The notes under the pieces are model-generated. The model did not search any database, was not told the DNA's origin, and saw only the letters and a list, made by a program, of their open reading frames with translations. From a virus (Duplodnaviria > Caudoviricetes), in IMG/VR virus record IMGVR_UViG_3300005201_000042, positions 22,116-86,115 of that record: 64,000 nt of DNA. One strand, 5' to 3'. The translations under genes were made by a program, and so were the position numbers. Shown here in pieces: positions 57,015-64,000 of the stretch (positions within the stretch are counted from its first letter, which is position 1; every line of letters begins with the position of its first letter).

Positions 57015-57326
57015 TTGGAGGTTAAAATGGCAGTGGTAAATAAGAAAACCGTATCTGTTGAGAAGATGTTTGAGTGTGATAGGTGTAAGAAGACAAAATC
57101 TATGAGTCTGTCTTTAGAGTTAACAGATTCTATTCGTCAAAGTGATAGGTGGTACTTTTCTCAAGATAATGACGACTGCTTGTGTCCTGATTGTTTAAGG
57201 CTAATTATTCAATCTTGGTATACACAGCAAAATATAGATAATTTCCAGTTATCTAGTTCAATTGGGGATTCTCAAAAGATGCCTAACAAACCCCATGTAA
57301 AACGTTCTAAGAAGGTTGTTGCCTAA
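57015..57326 (+). CDS. Small Zn-binding protein
   Basis: CDRC...CPDC; likely ATG at 57027. Confidence 0.6.
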   Translation: MEVKMAVVNKKTVSVEKMFECDRCKKTKSMSLSLELTDSIRQSDRWYFSQDNDDCLCPDCLRLIIQSWYTQQNIDNFQLSSSIGDSQKMPNKPHVKRSKKVVA

Positions 57327-57352
57327 ATAATTTTATTTTAAGGAGTATATAA

Positions 57353-57781
57353 ATGAACAATTTGAACAGTATTTTAGTTGAAGGTAATCTGGTACGGGAT
57401 GCTCTTATCCGCACCACGTCAAAGGGTACTCAAGTGTGTAACTTTACTATGGCATCTAATCGGTGGTACAAATCAGAGAATGGCATGGAGAAAGAGGTTT
57501 CTTTCTTTGATGTTACTGCTTGGGGTAAGCTTGGAGAGGCATGTTATAATAAGGGTAAGAAAGGTCGTGGTGTGCGTGTGCTGGGTAGGTTAAAACAAGA
57601 TCGCTGGGTTGGTGAAGACGGTAAGAACAGGAGTAAGGTTTTTATTTTAGCTGAGCATGTTGAGTTCAGACCTGAGTTCAAGAAAGAGTCTCCTCAAGAA
57701 GAGACTACGGATTACGAGGAGTCCTCTGTTAGTCTATCTGATTCTTTAGTGGACGAGCTTGTTGAGGCTGTTCAGGAGTAA
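57353..57781 (+). CDS. ssb: Bacterial-type single-stranded DNA-binding protein
   Basis: LNSILVEGNLVRD...SNR...EVSFFDV..WG.L...KGRGVRV.GRLKQDRW...AEHVEFRP. Confidence 0.93.
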   Translation: MNNLNSILVEGNLVRDALIRTTSKGTQVCNFTMASNRWYKSENGMEKEVSFFDVTAWGKLGEACYNKGKKGRGVRVLGRLKQDRWVGEDGKNRSKVFILAEHVEFRPEFKKESPQEETTDYEESSVSLSDSLVDELVEAVQE

Positions 57782-57787
57782 TGGTTT

Positions 57788-58264
57788 ATGACGGGGTTTC
57801 ATATTATACGTCCAGCAGATGTCTACCCTTGTGTTTCCGAGTACGCTAACTGTAGGCAAGAGAACTTTTTAGTTCTAACTCTTACTGGGGCACATGATGT
57901 TATCAATACGCATCACATATCGAAAGGTTTAGTAAATAAAACTATTGTGCATCCCAGGGAATGTTATTTCCCAGCGATTGTGGACAACGCATCGGCGGTT
58001 ATTTTTGCTCATAACCACCCTAGTGGCAGGGTTGAGTTTTCTCCTGATGATGTAGACTTATCTAAACGGTTATGTATGGCGGGGGAGATTTTAGGGTTTC
58101 ATGTTGTTGATCATATTGTTTTTGCAAGAAATAACGCCTATCGGTCTTTACGTGAGACAGGCGATTTTCCAGACGAGTTTGACGATGAAGAGCTTGATCA
58201 GTATGTGGCTGATCTGTCTTTTAATAAGCACGAAAAATGGAATTTGTTAGGAGTGGATATATGA
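57788..58264 (+). CDS. RadC-like JAB/MPN domain protein
   Basis: QENF, VHPRE, AHNHPSG...S..D, DHIV. Confidence 0.9.
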   Translation: MTGFHIIRPADVYPCVSEYANCRQENFLVLTLTGAHDVINTHHISKGLVNKTIVHPRECYFPAIVDNASAVIFAHNHPSGRVEFSPDDVDLSKRLCMAGEILGFHVVDHIVFARNNAYRSLRETGDFPDEFDDEELDQYVADLSFNKHEKWNLLGVDI

Positions 58265-58435
58265 AACAAAAGATTATTAAGTACGAGTTATTTGTTACTG
58301 TCCCTGTGGAGTGGAAGCTTGAACCAATAGCACAACGTATTAATGCTGGTGTGGAAGAAACGCTTAAGCCAATACATACGGAGCTTTATCTTATTAAAGA
58401 AGGTGAAGAACAAGAGATTATTTAGTAACTCTTAT

Positions 58436-58507
58436 TCCAAGGTAGTTCAGAGGTAGAACGGCTAACTGCAAGTTAGTATGTCATTGGTTCGAGTCCAATT
58501 CTTGGAT
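58436..58507 (+). tRNA. trnC: tRNA-Cys(GCA), CCA not encoded
   Basis: Folds as a cloverleaf: TCCAAGG/TCTTGGA acceptor, GTTC/GAAC D-stem, GCTAA-CTGCAAG-TTAGT anticodon arm, ATTGG-TTCGAGT-CCAAT T-arm; U discriminator as expected for Cys. Confidence 0.88.
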
Positions 58508-58530
58508 AAAATTTATAAGAAGGGGTAATT

Positions 58531-61017
58531 ATGGCAAGCACGGGTAATTTAAGTGATTTACAATACGAGTGTCAAGCTCGAGGTTTAACCGTTATTGGTT
58601 CTGGTAAAGATGGTAAGATTAAGAAGATGGACTGTGTAAAGGCTTTGGAGAAGTGGTCTTTAGACGGTTTGTCTTCTCAAGGTTTACTTCTGCCAGGTTG
58701 TAATTGGATACATAATACTATTGAGAGCCCTCAGCTTGCCGAGCCTCAAAATGTGTTTAAGACGGACACACAATTTAAATCTTTTATTGATCGCAGTGAT
58801 ATTTCAGCAGAACAAAAAATGGATGGTTGTTTTAGTTATGACTCGCCAGTCTTATTGTCTGATGGTTCTTTACTTCCTATTGGAGAGATAGTAGAAAATA
58901 ATTTAGCTGTGGAGGTGTTATCTTACAATGAAAAAACTGGCACGATAGAGCCTAAGAGAGTTATTGGATGGTACAATAATGGCACAAAGTATTCCTCCGA
59001 ATGGTTACAAGTTGGTGTTCCAAGAGGGAAGACTGAGACAACTGGTTTTGGGAGACGTGTGGGATATGGGGGAGAGAACTGTAGAAGAACTTATGTAACA
59101 AAGAGTCACCAATTTTTTAATGGTAACGGTTACTCAAGGATCGACTCTACAGATTTTGCTTATGCTCTTGTTACAGAGCCTAATGTTTATCAAGAGCAGG
59201 TAATTATGGGTTCTTTACTTGGGGATGGGTGTTTAATTTCTGATATTAAGGGAGATTCTGTTTCAACCAGGTTTCAAAGTGGTCATTGTGCCAAGCAAAA
59301 AGAATATACGGGTGCTATTTCAAAAGTTCTTGGTTGTTTTTTAAACAAGAACTCTTACTATAAGTCTGGCTTTGGATCTGTTATGTATGGGCTTGCATCT
59401 CACGCTTTTCCGTTTTTGAAATCTATTTATTTACAAGAATATGTCAATGGAAAAAAGTGTTTTTCAAAGAGTTTTGCAGACAAACTTCAGCCATTAGCGT
59501 TAGCTATTTGGTATATGGATGACGGTAGTTTAGAATGGGGTAATTTGGAGGATGCTAGGTCTACAGGAAAGAGTTTGCTAGGAAGGACTTTCAATTCTAA
59601 GTCTTCTTTACTTTTTCATACTCACGGGTTTGATTACGATACTGTGTGTGCTTTGTCCTCGTGGTTTATCTCTAGAGGTATGGCTATAGAGATTGTTCAT
59701 GATCCAAGATGGGAAGATCCTCTAAGATATAATTTTTTACGTTTGTCTGGAGATTCAGTAGACTTCTTCTGTCAAATAATTGCTCCTTATATTCATCCTT
59801 CAATGGCATACAAACTGCCTTCACAGTACCGTTGTTTAGCAGGGGCTGTTAAGTGGTGGGATTTTTCTAAAGAGGTTTTAAGATTAAAGAAAGTCCCTAT
59901 AAAAAAGCATTTTTGTGCTAAACAAAATAAAATAAAAAATGTGAATTTTCAAGGTGGTAGAACTGCTTATGACATAGAAATAGAAGGGAATCACAACTAT
60001 TTTGTAGATGGCTTCTTAGTTCATAATTGTCGTATGATTACAACCTTCTTTCCAGGTGTTGGTTTTGAACTGTTTTCTCGCAATCGGAGTGTAGAAAATT
60101 ATTTATTTTGTTCTTACAATGACCAAGTTTACGGTTGGCAACAAGATATTACAAGGGACATTCTTCCCTTCTCTTTTGTTATTGACGGAGAGCTTATATC
60201 ATTAAACCCCTCGGTTAATGGAAGGATTGTTATTGATACAATGTTAGCCGCTGTCGTAGCTATGTTAGGAATGAATCAGTTAGATTCTCATAGAATGCAG
60301 GCTGAGGCAGGTTATCCTTTACGGTTTGAGGCTTTTGACTGCTTGATGTTTAATGGTCAGTCTTTAATTAACGATTCCTTACTTAATCGAAGGAAATATC
60401 TGGACGAGGTTGTTACAAAACTTCATGAGGCTGCTGATCGTCTTTCCCTTCCCCAGTTGAAGTGGGTTGAGAAAGTTAGAATTGTTAGAGGCGGTTATAA
60501 GGATAAATTCTCTTTCTACCAAGAGGTTATCAGCAAAGGCGGTGAGGGGTTGGTCTTGAAGGCAGATGGCTCTGTCTACAATGGCAAGGAAGCAAGAGGT
60601 GGTTTGGGTGCAGGTTTTATTAAGTGGAAACGCAACACAAGCGAGTCTATTGGTGGGAGCATTGACGCTTTCATTGATGGTCGCTTTACGCCAGGTGAAG
60701 GCAAATATTCTGGCATGGTTGGTGCTGTTGGATTTTCTGTACACCTGCTTCCTTCTGGTGAGGTTCATCCTATTGCCATGATCTCTGGTATATCTGACGA
60801 TATGAGGAGAGCTATAACCTCTCAAGATGTCAATGGTTCTGTGGTTATTAATCCCTCTTGGCTTGGTCGTGTAGCAGAGATTGAAGGTCAAGACATATCT
60901 TCTAAGTCAAGGGCTTTATCCCACGCCAGGATTTTACGGTTTAGGGACGGTGCAGATGCAAAATCTCCGGCACAGTGTGTAATACAAGAAGCAATGTTGA
61001 ACGATATGATTTTATAG
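58531..61017 (+). CDS. lig: ATP-dependent DNA ligase precursor containing an intein
   Basis: EQKMDG|C-R motif I, IDGE, FEAFD, GEGLVLK, KWK, OB-fold C-terminus. Confidence 0.9.
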   Translation: MASTGNLSDLQYECQARGLTVIGSGKDGKIKKMDCVKALEKWSLDGLSSQGLLLPGCNWIHNTIESPQLAEPQNVFKTDTQFKSFIDRSDISAEQKMDGCFSYDSPVLLSDGSLLPIGEIVENNLAVEVLSYNEKTGTIEPKRVIGWYNNGTKYSSEWLQVGVPRGKTETTGFGRRVGYGGENCRRTYVTKSHQFFNGNGYSRIDSTDFAYALVTEPNVYQEQVIMGSLLGDGCLISDIKGDSVSTRFQSGHCAKQKEYTGAISKVLGCFLNKNSYYKSGFGSVMYGLASHAFPFLKSIYLQEYVNGKKCFSKSFADKLQPLALAIWYMDDGSLEWGNLEDARSTGKSLLGRTFNSKSSLLFHTHGFDYDTVCALSSWFISRGMAIEIVHDPRWEDPLRYNFLRLSGDSVDFFCQIIAPYIHPSMAYKLPSQYRCLAGAVKWWDFSKEVLRLKKVPIKKHFCAKQNKIKNVNFQGGRTAYDIEIEGNHNYFVDGFLVHNCRMITTFFPGVGFELFSRNRSVENYLFCSYNDQVYGWQQDITRDILPFSFVIDGELISLNPSVNGRIVIDTMLAAVVAMLGMNQLDSHRMQAEAGYPLRFEAFDCLMFNGQSLINDSLLNRRKYLDEVVTKLHEAADRLSLPQLKWVEKVRIVRGGYKDKFSFYQEVISKGGEGLVLKADGSVYNGKEARGGLGAGFIKWKRNTSESIGGSIDAFIDGRFTPGEGKYSGMVGAVGFSVHLLPSGEVHPIAMISGISDDMRRAITSQDVNGSVVINPSWLGRVAEIEGQDISSKSRALSHARILRFRDGADAKSPAQCVIQEAMLNDMIL
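58828..60027 (+). mobile_element. 400-aa intein with LAGLIDADG homing endonuclease
   Basis: Starts CFSYDSPVLL, block B VTKSH, GSLLGDG and WYMDDG motifs, ends YDIEIEGNHNYFVDGFLVHN followed by Cys+1. Confidence 0.95.
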
Positions 61018-61025
61018 GAGGTGTT

Positions 61026-61512
61026 ATGGGTATACTTTATTTTCCAGATGACAATGATTTCTCATATAGAGGAGCTTGTAGTAAGGATGCAAAGGACGAT
61101 CTAATTAGGACGGTTATTGTAGTTGTATCAGACTCCAATATATTAAAGTCACTTACCATTTCAGATTGGATTTCGGCAGGTTTAGCAGCTAGTGATTTTT
61201 ACGGAGAGGACTTCTCAAATAAGGAGTCTTCTCGTTTAGTGAGTTTAAAAAGAGGATCTTGACTGCAGTGGGGGTATTGTAATGTTCCATACATTCACGG
61301 ATGAAGAATATAAGGATTATCAAGCGTGGCAGGAGAAGTATTGTAAACTTTCAGAATTTAAATGTGATGTATTGCATAATGGTGATCTTTTCTTCCAACG
61401 GAACGTCACTCCTTGTCAGAAAGGGCGGGATTATTGTTGTGACTCCTGTTCTATTGGTTTACTTATCCCAGGAAAATGTGTATCAGGAAAGGAGGTGCGT
61501 TTCAGCAAGTAA
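61026..61512 (+). CDS. Two small hypothetical ORFs (61026-61262, 61282-61512 Cys-rich)
   Basis: GGAGG RBS at 61016-61021; ORF track. Confidence 0.55.
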
Positions 61513-61588
61513 GTGTATAGAAAAACACGGTTTATGTTAAGGGTGTTTAAATAACCTTACATACACTTTCTCTTTTTATATCATTAGT

Positions 61589-61670
61589 ATAGCCTCACAA
61601 GTTCCTCCTAGATTAAGGTTACGCTTCCTTATTCTTAACTCCTTTCTTGTGGGGCTATTTTTCTTATTTT
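61589..61670 (+). ncRNA. Candidate small RNA: 13-bp closing stem, 44-nt loop with three anti-SD motifs, U-tract
   Basis: ATAGCCTCACAAG/CTTGTGGGGCTAT stem; TTCCTCCT, CTTCCTT and CTCCTTT in the loop; TTTATATC 6 nt upstream. Confidence 0.45.
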
Positions 61671-61675
61671 ATATA
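61668..61675 (+). promoter_or_regulatory. Class III motif TTTATATA
   Basis: 8 nt before the ATG at 61684. Confidence 0.6.
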
Positions 61676-61683
61676 GTGGTAAG

Positions 61684-62013
61684 ATGGTGACAGATAACAA
61701 AGAGTCTGGTGTCTTTTTTAAAATTGACGATAATTCTAGATTTTTTCACTCTGATTTTTTAGATTCTCTAGGAGGTTTAAAAAAACCTTACCATCAAGAT
61801 CAGTCTGGTTCTTCAAGTAGTTCTCCCTTTAGGTTACGGATAGATAATAAAGGCATTATTATTCTTATAGGTTCTGATCCACTTCCTAACTTTTTTTTGG
61901 ATAATTCTACTGGGATGTTGTGTTATTCAGATGAAGTAGAAGGTTCTCCGTCAACAGATAATATTTATCTCAGTTCTGATGGAAATGTGGTGTTGAATGA
62001 TGGTGGTGATTAA
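61684..62013 (+). CDS. Hypothetical tail-associated protein
   Basis: F.IDNKG and F.LDNSTGML motifs; TAATG-coupled to the fibre gene. Confidence 0.55.
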   Translation: MVTDNKESGVFFKIDDNSRFFHSDFLDSLGGLKKPYHQDQSGSSSSSPFRLRIDNKGIIILIGSDPLPNFFLDNSTGMLCYSDEVEGSPSTDNIYLSSDGNVVLNDGGD

Positions 62014-64000
62014 TGGCACAAAAAGTGTTGGGGGTTGGGACAGCTTACGGTGCTTGGCTTGCCGAAGGTAACTCTGGCTCTGTGTCACAGTTTTTGGAGT
62101 CTCTTAAAGGGGAAGATGGTAAGTCTGCTTATGAGTTAGCTGTATTAGATGGTTTTGTTGGTTCACAGCTTGAGTGGATAGCTTCTCTCAAAGGGGAGAA
62201 GGGGGATGATGGGCTTACTATTGGTGTTCCTGCTGGGGGTTCTACAGGGCAGATTTTACGGAAAGCATCAGAAGATGATCTTGATACTGAGTGGTCTTCT
62301 TTTATTCCTGATGGGGGTATTCAAAAAGAGGATTTGTCTTCTAGTGTACAGGAAAGTTTAAATAATGCTGATGAGGCTATTTCAAAAAATATGGTTGGGG
62401 CTATTAATGGTGTTGCTCCCCTTACTAAAGATGGTTTGATTCCAACGAGACATCTTCCTCAGCATCAGACGGCTGTTAATGAGGCTCCTTCTAATGATTT
62501 GGCTTTTCTAAGGATGAATGAGTCGTGGATACAGCATCCAGATGAGACTGACCCTGTTTATACTGCGGATAAGCCTTCTCTTGCACGGAAAGATTATGTA
62601 AGTAATATTTTAGAAATCCACGATGAAAATGCTGAAGCTCATCCTGACATTAGGAATAGTGTTTCGTCCTCTGTTTTCTCTGCAAAGCAAGAACTTTTAA
62701 ACTCTGTTAATGTTAGCAAACAAGAACTTTTGGTAAGTCTTAATAGTAAGGTAAGTAAGGTGGGGGGGGCTGCTTCTGGTAACTTGCCTATTTTAGATTC
62801 ACAAGGCAGTTTGTTAGATAGTGGTTATTCTGCTAATGGTCTTGTTCAGGAAGATCTAGCTTTACGGTCTCTTATCAGTTCTGAAGAGCAAACAAGGCTT
62901 CAAAGAGACTCTGAAATCCTAGCTGCTTTTTCAGGTGTTAGGAACGTAGATTTAACAGGTGCTTTTTTAACTAGAGTTATTAAAGGCAGTTCTTATATCT
63001 CTAAAAATTTATTTAGTGTAGAAACTACTTTTACAGAATATAAAACCCTTGTTAGTGATTGTAATGGTACAGTCGGTGTTTATATTGGGGACTTTGATAG
63101 TTCAACAATTGAAGTAAAAACTATCACAAAAACTTCTTTAAGTAATGATGAGCCAACTCTTTTAGGTACTGTAGAGACTTTTGCTGAGCTTCCCCAAACA
63201 GTTTTAGAGGCTCTTGCTCTTCACTGGAATACTCCACGTGTAGACGATTATGCCAGGGTGAGGGTGGATGAAACGCAAGGTGATCAATCTGTTGAGTGGT
63301 ATATTTCTGCAATTGGTTCAGGGGATGGTTCTATCGAACCAGAGGAGGAAGGTGACCCCGAAGAAAACGAACCAGAAGATGGTGAGTCTTTATACGATGG
63401 GGTAATAACCTGGTCAAACCCTGTAATTATTAACACTGGGGATTATCAAGAGCAGACTTCATCTAATGATGCTGGTCGAGTTTTAACAGCTGGTGCTTCT
63501 CCAGGGACTTTTGGTGCTTCTCTAGGGGTTGATTCTGTTCCAACGGAGGATAGCCCAAGTTTAATAACATCGGGGGCAGTTTATGCTGGCATTAATAGTG
63601 TAATAAGAGTGTTTCCTTCTGAGATTTCTGCTTACGATTTTTCTATAATTAATCCTACAACTTTATCTGTTTTTGAGGGGGGGGCTTATTTAAATGGGTC
63701 ATTACTTTTTGGAAGGTCTTGTTTACAGTTTACGTCAATTTTTGCATTTTCTATCACCCCAAGATGGTCATCAGTTAAGGATATTTTTTACAGCATAGAT
63801 GGCGAGGCATGGTTACCTGCTAGTAAAAATGAAGCAATTTCTGTCTCTGCAGATAGTGTAATTAGATTCAAAAGTAACAGTACGAATATAATTAGTTCTA
63901 CGTGGACATTAAGTGGTTCAAATATAAGGGCTTTTGGGGATATTCAGTCTTTAATGGATTATTCATCAGAAGTACAATCTTCCTGTTACTCCCAAATGTT
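62013..64000 (+). CDS. Tail fibre/receptor-binding-like protein, 3'-truncated by the window edge
   Basis: Frame checked open from ATG 62013 to 64000 (absent from the ORF track): GKSAYELA..GF.G...EW..SLKG, GVAPL..DG.IP, ETDP, AHPDIR, PT..S...ITSGAVY, ending GDIQSLMD...CYSQMF. Confidence 0.8.
   Translation, partial: MAQKVLGVGTAYGAWLAEGNSGSVSQFLESLKGEDGKSAYELAVLDGFVGSQLEWIASLKGEKGDDGLTIGVPAGGSTGQILRKASEDDLDTEWSSFIPDGGIQKEDLSSSVQESLNNADEAISKNMVGAINGVAPLTKDGLIPTRHLPQHQTAVNEAPSNDLAFLRMNESWIQHPDETDPVYTADKPSLARKDYVSNILEIHDENAEAHPDIRNSVSSSVFSAKQELLNSVNVSKQELLVSLNSKVSKVGGAASGNLPILDSQGSLLDSGYSANGLVQEDLALRSLISSEEQTRLQRDSEILAAFSGVRNVDLTGAFLTRVIKGSSYISKNLFSVETTFTEYKTLVSDCNGTVGVYIGDFDSSTIEVKTITKTSLSNDEPTLLGTVETFAELPQTVLEALALHWNTPRVDDYARVRVDETQGDQSVEWYISAIGSGDGSIEPEEEGDPEENEPEDGESLYDGVITWSNPVIINTGDYQEQTSSNDAGRVLTAGASPGTFGASLGVDSVPTEDSPSLITSGAVYAGINSVIRVFPSEISAYDFSIINPTTLSVFEGGAYLNGSLLFGRSCLQFTSIFAFSITPRWSSVKDIFYSIDGEAWLPASKNEAISVSADSVIRFKSNSTNIISSTWTLSGSNIRAFGDIQSLMDYSSEVQSSCYSQM

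Noticed and set aside
1-64000. Stop-codon reassignment, as in some large phages
   Set aside because: Core genes are full length in the standard code, and TAA, TAG and TGA all end well-defined genes; no suppressor tRNA seen.
62013-64000. Diversity-generating retroelement
   Set aside because: No reverse transcriptase and no adenine-mismatched repeat pair visible within the window.

Overview
A 64-kb, AT-rich, almost entirely plus-strand segment of a large contractile-tailed (T4-module/jumbo-type) bacteriophage. Family calls come from reading motifs by eye; no database search was run. Layout: (1) 1-12.3 kb, acidic or modular head-associated proteins; (2) 13-20.4 kb, T4-like portal, prohead protease, major capsid and neck, with small inserted genes; (3) 20.7-26.3 kb, promoter/terminator-bounded accessory cassettes around a 1200-aa multidomain protein; (4) 26.3-42.1 kb, neck, tail sheath, tube, tape measure and baseplate; (5) 43-61 kb, 5'-3' exonuclease, SF2 helicase, DnaB-like helicase, primase Zn finger, family A DNA polymerase, SSB, RadC/JAB, tRNA-Cys and an intein-containing ATP-dependent ligase; (6) a tail-fibre-like ORF running off the right end. 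The SSB looks spirochaetal, so a Treponema-like host is inferred. Most notable: an apparent Ser-specific ([IVL]-X-S) head-processing code with a recurring KRP[IV]KS tag; three recurring promoter classes, one of which is repeatedly embedded in-frame at protein domain junctions; many apparently leaderless genes plus a candidate small RNA with three anti-Shine-Dalgarno motifs; and a duplicated cassette encoding a soluble MotA-cytoplasmic-domain-like protein.
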